Program-made: the position numbers and the translations under genes
In this document: positions 41,913 through 53,612 of the stretch, one piece after another
How positions within the stretch are numbered: position 1 is the stretch's first letter
Layout of the letters: the number at the start of each line of letters is the position of its first letter
Notes under the pieces: model-generated
The model's database searches: none
Seen by the model: the letters and a program-made list of their open reading frames with translations, nothing else
Told to the model about the DNA's origin: nothing
Assembly (NCBI GenBank): GCA_033763905.1
Contig: JANRJP010000075.1
Span: forward strand, 1 to 62,951
Source: Gemmatimonadaceae bacterium
Lineage (GTDB): Bacteria > Gemmatimonadota > Gemmatimonadetes > Gemmatimonadales > Gemmatimonadaceae
Reading direction: 5' to 3'
DNA length: 62,951 bases

Positions 41913-43339
41913 GCCACGACCGTTTCGTTTCGCCGCTCTCCGAGCGCTACGCGTCCACCGCGATGCTGCAGCTGTGGTCCGCGCAGACGCGCCACGGCCT
42001 GTGGCGCCGGCTCTGGCTTGCGCTCGCCGAGGCCGAACGCGAACTCGGCGTCGACATCCCCGAGGCGGCGCTCGCCGAGATGCGCGCCCACCTCGACGAT
42101 ATCGACTTCGCAGCGGTCGCGGCCTACGAGAAGCGCTTCCGTCACGACGTGATGGCGCACGTGCACGCCTTTGGCGACGTGGCCCCGAGCGCCAAGCCGT
42201 TCATTCATCTCGGCGCCACGTCGGCCTTCGTGACCGACAACGGCGACTTGATTCAGATGCGACGCGGACTGCAGTTGCTCCGCGCCAAGCTCGTCGCGTG
42301 CCTGCGGCAGTTGGCGGCCTTCGCGCGCGAGTGGCGTGCCGAGCCCTGCCTCGGCTACACCCACTTGCAGCCCGCGCAGCTGGTGACCGTCGGCAAGCGC
42401 GCCACCCTGTGGATGCAGGATCTGGTGCTCGACATCGCCGAGCTCGACCATCGCATCGCCACCCTGCCCTTCCGCGGCGTCAAGGGGACGACCGGCACCC
42501 AGGCAAGCTTTCTCGAGCTCTTCGGCGGCGACCACGCGAAGGTGCGCGAGCTCGACCGCCGCGTGACTGCCAAGATGGAGTTCGCCTCGTCGATTCCGGT
42601 GAGCGGCCAGACGTACACGCGGAAGCTCGACGCCTTCGTGCTGCAGGCGGTCTCCGGCGTCGCCGCGAGCGCCGCCAAGTTCGCCGGCGACCTCCGGATG
42701 TTGCAGGCCTTCGGCGAAATCGAAGAGCCGTTCGAAAAGGAGCAGATCGGCTCGTCGGCGATGGCCTACAAGCGCAACCCGATGCGCAGCGAACGCATCA
42801 ATGCCCTCGCCCGCTACGTGCTGAGTGTCGAGAGCAACGCGAACCAGACGCACGCGGTGCAGTTCTTCGAACGCACGCTCGACGACTCCGCCAACCGGCG
42901 ACTGGCGATCCCCGAAAGTTTTCTCGCGACGGACGCCATTCTGGTGCTGTTGCAGAACATCACGTCGGGCTTGGAGGTCCATCCGGCGCGGGTGCGCGCC
43001 CGCGTGCGGGACGAGTTGCCGTTTATGGCCACCGAAGTCCTGATCGTCGAGGCGGTGCGCCGGGGTGGCGATCGGCAGGAGGCGCACGAAGTGATCCGGC
43101 GCCACAGCGTGGCCGCCGCCCGGGCCGTAAAGGACGAAGGGGTCGCCAATGATATGCTCGACCGGCTCGGGGCAGACCCGGCGTTCGGCGTGCCGCTCGA
43201 CGAACTGCGCTCCGCGCTGACGCCGCAACGCTTCACCGGACGCTCCGCGGCGCAAGTCGATGAGTTCTTGGCGGAAGTGGTGGAGCCGATCCTCGCCACC
43301 GCCGGTGCCGACGCGGCGGCGGACGAGGTGCGCGTATGA
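41909..43339 (+). CDS. purB: Adenylosuccinate lyase
   Basis: [39 protein letters not shown]. Confidence 0.96.
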
Positions 43340-44262
43340 CGACGGCCGTGGCCAGCACCGCCCTCCCGCTGCCCGTCGTCCGCCGCGGGAAGGTGCGTGA
43401 TGTCTATGCCGTGGGCGAGGACCGCCTGCTGCTCGTGGCGACGGATCGCGTGAGCGCCTTTGACGTGGTGATGCGCGAGCCGATTCCGCACAAGGGCGCG
43501 GTGCTGACGCAGATCACCGCGTGGTGGTTGCGCCAGCTCGCCGCCGCCGGCGTCGTGGAGCACCATATGCTGGCATCGGACATCGACGCGATCATTGCCG
43601 ACGTACCGGCCTTGGCACCGCATCGAGCCCTGCTCAAGGGACGCGCGATGTTGAGCGTGCGCGCCGAGGTGATCCCGGTCGAGTGCGTCATTCGCGGCTA
43701 CCTGAGCGGTTCGGCGTGGAAGGAGTACAAGACGACGGGCACCCTGGCTGGGGAGCCCTTGGCCGCCGGTCTCGTCGAATCGAGCCGCTTCGACCCGCCG
43801 CTGTTTTCGCCGGCAACCAAGGCCGAGGAAGGACACGACGAGAACATCACGCCGGCCATCGTGGCCGAGCGCCTCGGCGCCGACACCGCCAAGCAGCTCG
43901 AGGCAATGTCGCGCGCGGTCTACACGTTTGGCCGAGATCTCGCCGCGGCGCGGGGGATCATCATCGCTGACACCAAGTTCGAGTTTGGCGTGCGGGACGG
44001 GCGCGTGATCCTGATCGACGAGGTGATGACGCCGGACTCGTCGCGCTTCTGGCCGGCGGCGGAGTACGCCCCTGGGGGGCCGCAGCCGAGCTTCGACAAG
44101 CAACCGCTCCGCGATTGGTTGGAGCGGGAACGGCTCGCCGGTCGTTGGAATGGCGAGGCCCCGCCGCCGACCCTCCCGCCCGAGGTCGTCGACGCGACCA
44201 GTGTGCGGTACCGCGACGCCTATCGCCTTTTGACCGGGGAGCCCTTCCCCGTGGAGTACTGA
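43336..44262 (+). CDS. purC: SAICAR synthase
   Basis: [40 protein letters not shown]. Confidence 0.96.
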   Translation: MTTAVASTALPLPVVRRGKVRDVYAVGEDRLLLVATDRVSAFDVVMREPIPHKGAVLTQITAWWLRQLAAAGVVEHHMLASDIDAIIADVPALAPHRALLKGRAMLSVRAEVIPVECVIRGYLSGSAWKEYKTTGTLAGEPLAAGLVESSRFDPPLFSPATKAEEGHDENITPAIVAERLGADTAKQLEAMSRAVYTFGRDLAAARGIIIADTKFEFGVRDGRVILIDEVMTPDSSRFWPAAEYAPGGPQPSFDKQPLRDWLERERLAGRWNGEAPPPTLPPEVVDATSVRYRDAYRLLTGEPFPVEY

Positions 44263-44931
44263 GTGAAGGTTGCCAAGGAAGGACTGCCGTTCATCACCCT
44301 GGGGTTGGCGCTAACCATTCCGGTGGTCGGCTACGAGGCGCTGGCCCTGTCGCGGGGCGAGCCGGACACGCTCGGCCTGGCGCTGGCGGTGATCCTGACG
44401 CTGCTGACGATCTGGGTGATTGCGTTCTTCCGCGATCCCGAGCGGGAGGGGCCGCGAGGGGCGAACACGGTCATCTCGCCGGCCGACGGCAAGGTCATCA
44501 TGATCACCGAGGTGGACGAGCCCGAGTTTCTGAAGGGCAAGGCGCGCCGCGTGTCGATCTTTATGAACGTCTTCAACGTGCACGTGAACCGGTATCCGGT
44601 GGACGGCACGGTCGCCTTCACGAAGTACCTGCCCGGCAAGTTCCTGAATGCCGCGGACGCCAAGTCCTCGCTGGAGAACGAGCAGAGCGCGGTCGGGATG
44701 GAGAGCCACGGTCGCAAGATTCTCTTCACGCAGATCGCCGGTCTGATCGCCCGCCGCATCGTGACCTATTCGAAGGTCGGCGACGTGGTGGCGCAGGGAC
44801 AGCGGATGGGACTGATCCGCTTCGGCTCGCGCGTGGACGTGTACCTGCCGCTCGACGCCAGCGTGCAGGTGGCGCTGGGGCAGAAGACGGTCGCCGGCAC
44901 GACGGTCATCGCGAATCTGCCGTCCGCGTGA
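44263..44931 (+). CDS. psd: Phosphatidylserine decarboxylase proenzyme
   Basis: FFRDPER, SPADG, FM..FNVHVNR.P, QIAG..ARRI, FGSRVD. Confidence 0.95.
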   Translation: MKVAKEGLPFITLGLALTIPVVGYEALALSRGEPDTLGLALAVILTLLTIWVIAFFRDPEREGPRGANTVISPADGKVIMITEVDEPEFLKGKARRVSIFMNVFNVHVNRYPVDGTVAFTKYLPGKFLNAADAKSSLENEQSAVGMESHGRKILFTQIAGLIARRIVTYSKVGDVVAQGQRMGLIRFGSRVDVYLPLDASVQVALGQKTVAGTTVIANLPSA

Positions 44932-45824
44932 GCGCTCCACTGCCTCCCAACGATCGCCGGCCGATGCGGCGCGCCGTCGTGATGCTGCCGAACGGGTTCA
45001 CGCTGGCGAACCTGTTCTTCGGCATCTTCGCGATCGTCGCCGCATCGCGTGGCGAGTATGTGGAGGCCGGGCGCTACATCGTGTTCGGTGGGGTCTGCGA
45101 CGCGCTCGACGGTCGGGTGGCGCGCGCCACGCGCTCGGGGAGCCGCTTCGGCGAGGAGCTCGACTCGCTCGTCGATGCGATCACGTTCGGGCTCGCGCCG
45201 GCGCTGCTGATGTACTTCGCGGTGCTCAATCGCACCGGGTGGGACTGGGTGTTCGTGTTCCTGTACTCGGCGTGCGCGGTGATGCGGCTCGCGCGCTTCA
45301 ACGTCGAGCAGGCCGGACGCAAGAAGACCCATTTCACGGGGCTGCCGTCGCCAGCGGCGGGCGGGACGCTCGCCACGTACTACTGGTTCAGCCAGACGCC
45401 GTGGTACTACGAGACCATCATCGGCGACCTGCCCTGGCAGGTCGTGATGCGCTGGCTGATGGCGGGCCTGGGCTTCCTGATGATTTCGCAGGTGCAGTAT
45501 GCCTCGGCGCCGCTGATCGGGTTCCGCACGTGGCGGCATATGGTCGGCACCGGCATGGTCATTGCCACCGTGTTCGGCGTGCTGTTCCTGCCGAAGGAGT
45601 TCTTCTTCCCTGCGGCGATGCTCTACATCACCTGGGGCTTGGTCCGCACCGTCGTCCTTGGGTTGCTCGACCGCTTGCCGTCCGATGATGGGGACGGCGA
45701 CGGCGACGATTTCTCTGATTCACTGCCGGACGACGCCCCACGTCGCCGGCGGCGCCGCCGTCGTCCGCGCGACGGCAGCACCCCCACTGCTTCACGCCCG
45801 ATTCTTTCCGAGGATTCCCGTTGA
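44928..45824 (+). CDS. pssA: CDP-diacylglycerol--serine O-phosphatidyltransferase
   Basis: PN.FT..N, DALDGRVAR...S.FG.ELDSL.D, RLARFN, F.GLPSP; start is GTG 44928 or ATG 44964. Confidence 0.93.
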   Translation: MSAPLPPNDRRPMRRAVVMLPNGFTLANLFFGIFAIVAASRGEYVEAGRYIVFGGVCDALDGRVARATRSGSRFGEELDSLVDAITFGLAPALLMYFAVLNRTGWDWVFVFLYSACAVMRLARFNVEQAGRKKTHFTGLPSPAAGGTLATYYWFSQTPWYYETIIGDLPWQVVMRWLMAGLGFLMISQVQYASAPLIGFRTWRHMVGTGMVIATVFGVLFLPKEFFFPAAMLYITWGLVRTVVLGLLDRLPSDDGDGDGDDFSDSLPDDAPRRRRRRRRPRDGSTPTASRPILSEDSR

Positions 45825-46087
45825 TGAGTCGCCGGTTCCGCGTTGCCGTTCACATCGTCCCCCGCAAGGGCATCCTCGACCCGCAAGGCAAGGCGATTGC
45901 CGACGCGTTGCACGCGCTCGGCTTCGCGGCCGTCGACGAGGTCCGTGCCGGACGGCATTTGGTCGTCGACGTGGCGGCGACGGACGCCGCGGACGCCGAA
46001 CGACAGCTCCGCGCGATGTGCGGGAAGCTGCTCGCGAATCCGGTGACCGAGGACTACGAGATCGCGTCGGTGACGGAGGCCGCGTGA
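45824..46087 (+). CDS. purS: FGAM synthase subunit PurS
   Basis: ILDPQGKAI, LLANPV.EDY. Confidence 0.95.
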   Translation: MSRRFRVAVHIVPRKGILDPQGKAIADALHALGFAAVDEVRAGRHLVVDVAATDAADAERQLRAMCGKLLANPVTEDYEIASVTEAA

Positions 46088-46773
46088 AGGTCGGCGTCGT
46101 CACCTTTCCCGGGTCGAACTGCGACGAGGATGCTCGGCGCGCGGTCGAGCACTTCGGTGGCACGGCCGTGGCGTTGTGGCACAAGGCGCACGACCTCCAG
46201 GGCGTCGAAGCGATCATCTTGCCCGGCGGCTTTTCGTACGGCGACTACCTCCGGGCCGGCGCCATCGCGCGCTTCGCGCCGATCATGCAGGAAGTCGTTC
46301 GCTTCGCGCACGCGGGCGGACCGGTGATCGGCATTTGCAACGGGTTCCAGATTCTCTGCGAGGCGCAGCTCCTGCCGGGCGCGCTGCTCCGCAATGACTC
46401 GCTGCAGTTCCGCGCCGAAACCGTCACGCTGCGGGTCGAGACCACCGCGACGCGCTGGACCGACCGCTACGCCGCCGGCCAGTTGCTGCGCATTCCGATC
46501 GCGCACGGCGACGGGCGCTTCACGGCCGATGCCGACACGATCGAACGCCTCGAGGGCGAGGGGCGGGTCGTGTTCCGGTACGTCCGTCCGGACGGCACCC
46601 GCGACGATGCGCGTACGCCGAACGGTTCGTTGCACGCCATTGCCGGCATTCGCAACGCCGCGGGCAATGTCCTGGGCATGATGCCGCACCCCGAGCGGGC
46701 GCTCGACGCGCGGGTGGGTTCGACCGATGGTCGCCCGCTCTTCGAAAGCCTGTTGTCCACTGTTGCCGCCTGA
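46084..46773 (+). CDS. purQ: FGAM synthase glutaminase subunit PurQ
   Basis: FPGSNC, PGGFSYGDYLR, GICNGFQ, MMPHPER. Confidence 0.96.
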   Translation: MKVGVVTFPGSNCDEDARRAVEHFGGTAVALWHKAHDLQGVEAIILPGGFSYGDYLRAGAIARFAPIMQEVVRFAHAGGPVIGICNGFQILCEAQLLPGALLRNDSLQFRAETVTLRVETTATRWTDRYAAGQLLRIPIAHGDGRFTADADTIERLEGEGRVVFRYVRPDGTRDDARTPNGSLHAIAGIRNAAGNVLGMMPHPERALDARVGSTDGRPLFESLLSTVAA

Positions 46774-46790
46774 ATCCGAGACCGCCGACC

Positions 46791-47084
46791 ATGACCGATT
46801 TCGAGAAGCCGTCGAATACCGAGCAGGACTACTTCAAGCAGAAAGATCTCGAGCTGCTCGCCGAGTTGCGCGAGCGCCGCGAGACCGCGCGGAGTGCCGA
46901 GACGTCCGTGCGCCGCTGCCCGGTGGACGGTGAAGTGCTGGAAACGCGCGAGTACCACGGCGTGATGATCGACATCTGCCCGAAGTGTCAGGGCATCTGG
47001 CTCGACGCCGGTGAGCTCGAAGCGCTGCTCCGTGTGGAGCAGAAGTCGCTCGGTGGCTTCCTGTCGAAGCTGATCGGTCGTTGA
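46791..47084 (+). CDS. zf-TFIIB-like zinc-ribbon protein
   Basis: CPVD...[15 protein letters not shown]. Confidence 0.82.
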   Translation: MTDFEKPSNTEQDYFKQKDLELLAELRERRETARSAETSVRRCPVDGEVLETREYHGVMIDICPKCQGIWLDAGELEALLRVEQKSLGGFLSKLIGR

Positions 47085-47133
47085 GTCGCAGGCCCGCCCC
47101 CGCCCTGTTCTTCCCGTCTTTGGCCCCCGTCCT

Positions 47134-49425
47134 GTGACTGTCACTGCCGTTGCCCCGCGTCCCGGGGATCCGGAGATCACCCCTGCCCTGGTCGCCGAAC
47201 ACGGGCTGACCGCCGGCGAGTACGAGAAGCTGGTCGCCATGCTCGGCCGGACGCCGACGTTCACCGAGTTGGGCGTGGTGAGTGCGCTCTGGAGCGAGCA
47301 CTGCTCCTACAAGCACTCGCGTCCGCAACTGCGCACCTTGCCGACCGAAGCCCCGTGGGTCCTGCAGGGCCCGGGCGAGAACGCCGGCGTGATCTCCGTC
47401 GGCGACGGGTTGGCGATCGCGTTCAAGATCGAGTCGCACAACCATCCGAGCGCGGTCGAGCCCTATCAGGGCGCCGCCACGGGCGTCGGCGGGATTCTGC
47501 GCGACGTGTTCACGATGGGCGCGCGGCCGATTGCACTGCTCAACTCGCTGCGCTTCGGCTCGCTCGACTCGCCGCGGGTTCGCTGGCTCTTCGCGAACGT
47601 AGTCAAAGGCATTGGCGACTACGGTAACTGCGTCGGCGTGCCGACCGTTGGCGGCGAGATCGTCTTCGATCCGTCCTACGAGGGCAACCCGCTCGTCAAC
47701 GCGATGTGCGTGGGTCTGCTGCGCGAAGACGAACTGATCCGGGCGGTCGCCGAGGGCGTGGGCAACCCGATCATCGCGGTGGGTGCGCGGACGGGCCGCG
47801 ACGGCATTCACGGGGCGTCCTTCGCATCGGAAGATCTGTCGGACGAGAACGAGGCCAAGCGCCCGCGGGTGCAGGTCGGCGACCCGTTCACCGAGAAGCT
47901 GCTCCTCGAAGCGTCGCTCGAGCTGATCAAGTCTGGGCACATCGTTGCGATTCAGGATATGGGTGCGGCGGGGCTCACGAGTTCCTCGGCCGAGATGGCC
48001 GCGCGCGGCGACGTTGGCGTCACGATCGACACGACCAAGGTGCCCGCCCGTGAAGCGGGGATGACACCGTACGAACTGCTGCTCAGCGAGTCCCAGGAGC
48101 GGATGCTGGTCGTCGCCAAGCGCGGCGCCGAAGCTCAGGTCCGCGCCATTCTCGAGAAGTGGGACCTGCTGGCCGAAGTCATCGGCGAAGTGATTGCGGA
48201 ACCGGTGTATCGCGTGACCGAAGGCGATCGCGTGGTGGCGGAATTCCCCGGGATCCGCCTGGTGACCGACTGCCCGACCTACACCCCTGAGGCCAAGGAG
48301 TCCGCCGCCATCGCGGCGCTGCGGCAGCGCGACGTGCACGCCGTGGCGCCAAAGACGGAGGAAGCGGATCCCGCGTGGACGCTCACGCAGTTGCTGGCGA
48401 CGCCGACGATCGCGAGCAAGGCGTGGGCCTATCGGCAGTACGACTCGACGGTGCGCGCCAGCACGATGGTGGGCCCGGGGAGCGACGCCGCCGTGGTGCA
48501 TCTGCCCGGCACCAACCGCGCGGTCGCGCTCTGCACCGACTGCAACGGGCGCTACGTGTACCTCGAACCCCGGATGGGCGCGCGGATCGCGGTCGCCGAG
48601 GCCGCGCGCAACGTCGCGTGCGCCGGCGCCATCCCGCGTGCCATCACGAACAACCTCAACTTCGGCAATCCGAAGAAGCCCGAGACCTTCTACCAGTTGG
48701 TGGAAGCCGTCGCGGGGATGGGCGAGGCCTGCCGTGCGCTCGAGACGCCGGTGACGGGCGGCAACGTGTCGCTCTACAACGAGTCACCGCTCGGCCCGGT
48801 GTACCCCACGCCGACCGTGGGAATGGTGGGCATTGTGGAGTCGCTCGATCACGTGACGCGCTCGGGCTTTGCTGCGGCCGGCGACGCGATCGTGCTCCTC
48901 GGCGAGTGCACCGACGAGCTCGGCGGCAGCGAGTACCTGAACACCATTCACGGGCTGGTGGCTGGGCAGCCGCCACGGGTTGATCTGGCCCACGAGAAGC
49001 GGCTCCTCGGCCTGCTGCACGCGGCAATCGCCGCCGGCCACGTGCGCTCGGCGCACGATGTGTCCGACGGCGGGCTGGCCGTGGCGGTGGCGGAGGCCTG
49101 CGTGGTCCAGCGCGAGTCGCTGCGCGGCGCAACGATCGATCTGTCGGCGTGGAATGCCCATCCGGAACGCGCCGTGCTGTTCGGTGAGGCGCAGGGCCGC
49201 GTGGTGCTCTCGACGGCTCGCGCGCAGGACGTGCTGACGCTGGCGGCGGCGCACGGTGTGCCGGCGCGGGTGATCGGTCAGGTGACCGACGACGCGACGC
49301 TGCGGGTGGCGAGCCACGGCCGGACCTGGTCCGCCCCGGTCGCGACGCTCGCGGACGCGTTCCACGAGTCAATCCCCCGTCGAATGGCGCGTGCGGCGTC
49401 GTCCGACGCCTCCGGAGCTGTCTGA
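47134..49425 (+). CDS. purL: FGAM synthase subunit PurL
   Basis: [38 protein letters not shown]. Confidence 0.97.
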   Translation: MTVTAVAPRPGDPEITPALVAEHGLTAGEYEKLVAMLGRTPTFTELGVVSALWSEHCSYKHSRPQLRTLPTEAPWVLQGPGENAGVISVGDGLAIAFKIESHNHPSAVEPYQGAATGVGGILRDVFTMGARPIALLNSLRFGSLDSPRVRWLFANVVKGIGDYGNCVGVPTVGGEIVFDPSYEGNPLVNAMCVGLLREDELIRAVAEGVGNPIIAVGARTGRDGIHGASFASEDLSDENEAKRPRVQVGDPFTEKLLLEASLELIKSGHIVAIQDMGAAGLTSSSAEMAARGDVGVTIDTTKVPAREAGMTPYELLLSESQERMLVVAKRGAEAQVRAILEKWDLLAEVIGEVIAEPVYRVTEGDRVVAEFPGIRLVTDCPTYTPEAKESAAIAALRQRDVHAVAPKTEEADPAWTLTQLLATPTIASKAWAYRQYDSTVRASTMVGPGSDAAVVHLPGTNRAVALCTDCNGRYVYLEPRMGARIAVAEAARNVACAGAIPRAITNNLNFGNPKKPETFYQLVEAVAGMGEACRALETPVTGGNVSLYNESPLGPVYPTPTVGMVGIVESLDHVTRSGFAAAGDAIVLLGECTDELGGSEYLNTIHGLVAGQPPRVDLAHEKRLLGLLHAAIAAGHVRSAHDVSDGGLAVAVAEACVVQRESLRGATIDLSAWNAHPERAVLFGEAQGRVVLSTARAQDVLTLAAAHGVPARVIGQVTDDATLRVASHGRTWSAPVATLADAFHESIPRRMARAASSDASGAV

Positions 49426-49428
49426 CCT

Positions 49429-50805
49429 ATGTGCGGCATCTTTGGAGTCAGCGGACACGCCGATGCGGCGGCTCTCGCCCACCTTGGCTTGTACTCGCTG
49501 CAGCACCGCGGCCAGGAGGCGGCCGGTATCGTGGCCGTGGACGCCGATGGCGCCGCGCACGCCGCGCGGGCGCTTGGCCTCGTCTCGGAGGGTCTCGCGG
49601 ACGGTGAGCTCAAGGGCGTCCGCGGCCACGTGGCGATCGGGCATACTCGGTACGCAACCGCCGGCGGTCGCTCGCTCGAGAATGCACAGCCGATTCTTGC
49701 ACGGGCACGCGGCGGCCACATTGCCGTGGCGCACAACGGCAACCTGGTCAATCACCTCGAGATCCGTCGCGAGCTCGAGGAGAGTGGGGCGATTTTCTCG
49801 TCGACGCAGGACACCGAGGTGATCGTGCATCGCCTGGCACGCGCGCGTGCGTCGGCTCCGGCCGATCGCATCAAGGAAGCGCTGGCGGGCCTCGAGGGCT
49901 CGTATTCGCTGCTGATTCTGCTCGATGACACGCTGTACGCCGTGCGGGACTCGCGCGGCTGGCGCCCGCTGGCGATCGGCCGCTTGGGCGACTCGTGGGT
50001 GGCCGCCAGCGAAACCTGCGCGCTCGACATCGTCGGCGCGCAGTACATCCGCGACCTCGAGCCCGGTGAGATCGCGCGGTTGACGCCAGGCGCGCTCGAA
50101 ACGGTGGGAACGCTCGGGCAGGCGGCGGCGCATCGCTGCGTGTTCGAGTACGTGTACTTCGCCCGACCCGACAGCCGGGTGTTCGGTGGCTCGGTCGATC
50201 GCGCGCGCCGGGCCCTCGGCCGGCAACTCGCCAAGGAGCAGCCGGCGCCCGGGGCCGATCTGGTCTTCGCGGTGCCGGATTCGTCGAACTCCGCGGCGCT
50301 GGGCTTCGCCGAGGCGTCCGGGGTGCCGTACGAACTGGCCCTGATCCGCAATCACTACGTGGGTCGGACATTCATTGCCCCCACGCAAGGCGGGCGCGCG
50401 GCGAAGGTGAAAGTGAAGTTCAACCCCGTGCGCGAATTGCTCGAAGGCAAGAAGGTCGTGATGGTCGACGATTCGATCGTGCGTGGCACCACCACGCGCG
50501 GACTGGTGCAGCTGATTCGTGGAGCCGGTGCGCTGGAGGTGCATATGCGCGTCTCCTCGCCGCCGGTCACCGGGCCGTGCTGGTACGGCATCGACACGCC
50601 GAATCGCGAAGAACTGATTGCCGCGCGACTCGATACGCAGGAGATCGCGCGCGAGATCGGCGTCGACTCGCTGGGCTATCTGAGTCTCGATGGTATGCTG
50701 GCCGCCGTGCCCGGCGGGCCTGATGGGTTCTGCCACGCCTGTTTCTCGGGCGATTATCCTACGCCGCCTCCCGCGAGCGATCTCGTTTCCCTCCGCCGTC
50801 GTTGA
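49429..50805 (+). CDS. purF: Amidophosphoribosyltransferase (Fe-S type)
   Basis: MCGIFG, QHRGQE, VDDSIVRGTT, C-terminal CHAC. Confidence 0.97.
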   Translation: MCGIFGVSGHADAAALAHLGLYSLQHRGQEAAGIVAVDADGAAHAARALGLVSEGLADGELKGVRGHVAIGHTRYATAGGRSLENAQPILARARGGHIAVAHNGNLVNHLEIRRELEESGAIFSSTQDTEVIVHRLARARASAPADRIKEALAGLEGSYSLLILLDDTLYAVRDSRGWRPLAIGRLGDSWVAASETCALDIVGAQYIRDLEPGEIARLTPGALETVGTLGQAAAHRCVFEYVYFARPDSRVFGGSVDRARRALGRQLAKEQPAPGADLVFAVPDSSNSAALGFAEASGVPYELALIRNHYVGRTFIAPTQGGRAAKVKVKFNPVRELLEGKKVVMVDDSIVRGTTTRGLVQLIRGAGALEVHMRVSSPPVTGPCWYGIDTPNREELIAARLDTQEIAREIGVDSLGYLSLDGMLAAVPGGPDGFCHACFSGDYPTPPPASDLVSLRRR

Positions 50806-53477
50806 TGCCTGTGGCCAAGCTCGTCTATTTCTTCGGAAACGGTTCCGCCGAAGGGTCTGCTGCCGACAAGATGACCCTCGGTGGCAAGGGGGCGAACCTC
50901 GCCGAGATGACCACGCTCGGTGTCCCGGTCCCCCCGGGGTTCACCATCGCGTGCAGCGCGTGCATCACGTATCTGCGTGATGGCAAGATTTCGGATGCCC
51001 TCCGTGCCGAGACCGCGGAGCACATCACGCGACTCGAAGCTGCGGCCGGCAAGCGCTTCGGCGACTCCGCGAATCCGCTGCTGGTCTCGGTGCGTTCGGG
51101 TGCGCCGAGCTCGATGCCGGGGATGATGGAGACCATCCTCAACCTCGGTCTGAACGACGAGGCGGTCGAGGGGCTGGCGCAGCAGACTGGTAATCCGCGC
51201 TTTGCGTGGGACTCGTACCGTCGTTTTCTGCAGATGTACAGCGACGTCGTGCTCAATGTGCCGCATCACGACTTCGAGGATCTGCTCTCGGCGAAGCGGC
51301 GACTCGCCCAGGTGCAGACCGACGCGGAACTGCCCGCCGACGCGCTCAAGGACCTCACGCGCGAGTATCTCGCCCTCGTGCGGAGTCGCACCGGGAAGGA
51401 GTTCCCGATGGACCCCGGCGTGCAGCTCTGGGGCGCGATCGAGGCCGTCTGGCGCTCGTGGAACCTCAAGAAGGCGGTGGACTATCGCCGCGTCAACGCG
51501 ATCCCCGACACCTGGGGCACGGCGGTGAACGTCGTCGCGATGGTGTTCGGCAATATGGGCAACGACTCCGGGACCGGTGTCGCGTTCACCCGCGATCCCT
51601 CGACCGGCGAGCGCGTGTTCTACGGCGAGTTCCTCGTCAATGCTCAGGGCGAGGATGTCGTCGCCGGCATTCGCGATCCGCTGCCGATCGCGGAGATGAA
51701 GGACGCCCTGCCGCAGGCCTACGTGGACCTGATGCAGGTGCAGGACACGCTCGAGCGGCACTTCCGCGAGATGCAGGACCTCGAGTTCACCGTCGAGCGC
51801 GGGACCCTGCACCTGCTGCAGACCCGTACCGGCAAGCGCACGGCGGCGGCGGCGGTGAAGATCGCGACCGATATGGTGAAGGAAGGCCTGATCACGCGCG
51901 ACGATGCCGTCGAGCGTGTGAAGGCCGAGCATCTCGATCAGCTGCTCCATCCGGTAATCGACCCGGCGGTGCGCGCGACGCCGATCGCGGTCGGACTGCC
52001 GGCCTCGCCTGGTGCGGCGAGCGGCATTGCCGTGTTCGATCCCGACGTCGCCGAATCGCGGGCCGCGCAGGGGGAACACGTCGTACTGGTCCGCGAGGAA
52101 ACGACGCCGGAAGACTTCCACGGCATCGTGGCCGCCAAGGCGGTGCTGACCGCGCGGGGAGGAATGACGTCGCACGCGGCCGTGGTGGCCCGTGGGATGG
52201 GCAAGTGCGCGATCGTCGGGTGCAAGGAGCTCGAGATCGACATTCGGCACAAGCGCCTGCACGTGGCCGGCCTCACGATTCAGGAGGGCGACTGGCTGAC
52301 GCTCGACGGCGCCACCGGACGCGTCTTCGCCGATCACCTGCCGACGGTGCCCTCGGAGATCGTGCGGGTCATCAACGGCACGTTGCGGCCCGAGGAGGCC
52401 CCGCTGCACCGGGCGTTCTCGCAGTTGCTCGGCTGGGCGGACGAGCGGCGTCGACTGCGTGTGCGCGCGAACGCCGACACGCCGAAGGATGCGCGCGTCG
52501 CGCGCGCCTTCGGGGCGGAGGGCATCGGCCTCTGCCGGACGGAGCATATGTTCTTCGAGGGCGAACGGATTCACGCGATGCGTGAGATGATTGTCGCCCG
52601 CGACGAAGCCGGTCGCCGTCGCGCGTTGGCGCAGCTGCTGCCGATGCAGCGCGCCGACTTCGAAGGCATTTTCGAGGCGATGGATGGCTACCCGGTGACG
52701 ATTCGTCTCCTGGATCCGCCGCTGCACGAGTTCCTGCCGCACGGCGGCGAGGAGTCCAAGCATCTCGCTCGGCAGCTCGGGATTGCGCGGACGGAATTGG
52801 GCCGCATCGTCGAAGGGCTGCGCGAAGTCAATCCGATGCTCGGGCATCGCGGTTGCCGCCTGGGCATCATCTATCCCGAGATCACCGAAATGCAGACGCG
52901 GGCGATCTTCGAGGCCGCCCTCAAGTGCCGACGCCGCGGCATCGACGTGCATCCCGAGATCATGGTGCCGCTGGTCGCCTCGGTCGAAGAGTTGCACCAT
53001 CAGCGCCGCGTGATCGACGAAACGGCGCTGCAGGTGATGAGCGCGATGCACGAGCACGTGAACTATCACGTCGGGACGATGATCGAGCTTCCGCGCGCGG
53101 CCCTCACGGCCGGTGACATTGCGCGGGCCGCCGACTTCTTCTCGTTCGGCACCAACGACCTCACGCAGACGACCTACGGCCTGTCCCGCGACGATGCCGG
53201 CCGCTTCCTGCCGGCCTACATCGAGAAGGGCATCTTCCCCACCGACCCCTTCCAGGTGCTGGACCCGCACGGGGTCGGCAAGCTGATCCGGTTTGCGGTC
53301 GTCGACGGCCGAGAGGCCCGGCCGGGCCTCAAGACCGGTATTTGCGGCGAACACGGCGGCGAGCCGCAGTCGGTGCGCCTCTGCCACGAGATGGGGTTGG
53401 ACTACGTCTCGTGCTCTCCGTTCCGTGTCCCGGTCGCTCGGCTGGCCGCGGCCCACGCGGCACAAGCGCTGGGCTGA
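50805..53477 (+). CDS. ppdK: Pyruvate, phosphate dikinase
   Basis: GGKGANLAEM, SVRSGA..SMPGMM, GGMTSHAA, GIGLCRTEHMF, GTNDL, CGEHGG. Confidence 0.97.
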   Translation: MPVAKLVYFFGNGSAEGSAADKMTLGGKGANLAEMTTLGVPVPPGFTIACSACITYLRDGKISDALRAETAEHITRLEAAAGKRFGDSANPLLVSVRSGAPSSMPGMMETILNLGLNDEAVEGLAQQTGNPRFAWDSYRRFLQMYSDVVLNVPHHDFEDLLSAKRRLAQVQTDAELPADALKDLTREYLALVRSRTGKEFPMDPGVQLWGAIEAVWRSWNLKKAVDYRRVNAIPDTWGTAVNVVAMVFGNMGNDSGTGVAFTRDPSTGERVFYGEFLVNAQGEDVVAGIRDPLPIAEMKDALPQAYVDLMQVQDTLERHFREMQDLEFTVERGTLHLLQTRTGKRTAAAAVKIATDMVKEGLITRDDAVERVKAEHLDQLLHPVIDPAVRATPIAVGLPASPGAASGIAVFDPDVAESRAAQGEHVVLVREETTPEDFHGIVAAKAVLTARGGMTSHAAVVARGMGKCAIVGCKELEIDIRHKRLHVAGLTIQEGDWLTLDGATGRVFADHLPTVPSEIVRVINGTLRPEEAPLHRAFSQLLGWADERRRLRVRANADTPKDARVARAFGAEGIGLCRTEHMFFEGERIHAMREMIVARDEAGRRRALAQLLPMQRADFEGIFEAMDGYPVTIRLLDPPLHEFLPHGGEESKHLARQLGIARTELGRIVEGLREVNPMLGHRGCRLGIIYPEITEMQTRAIFEAALKCRRRGIDVHPEIMVPLVASVEELHHQRRVIDETALQVMSAMHEHVNYHVGTMIELPRAALTAGDIARAADFFSFGTNDLTQTTYGLSRDDAGRFLPAYIEKGIFPTDPFQVLDPHGVGKLIRFAVVDGREARPGLKTGICGEHGGEPQSVRLCHEMGLDYVSCSPFRVPVARLAAAHAAQALG

Positions 53478-53487
53478 ACCGGTTCTC

Positions 53488-53520
53488 TGCGGGCGGCGAT
53501 TGTCACTTTCGCCGCCCGCA
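53488..53520 (+). terminator. Hairpin after ppdK
   Basis: 12-bp stem TGCGGGCGGCGA/TCGCCGCCCGCA; no U tract. Confidence 0.55.
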
Positions 53521-53612
53521 ACGTGCGCTAGGTCACGGCGCGGGTTGCGCAGTCCGTGACACGTTTGGGATGTTTCTCTGGTCGACGTCTTGTCTTCTTT
53601 CGCCCCGTTCCC

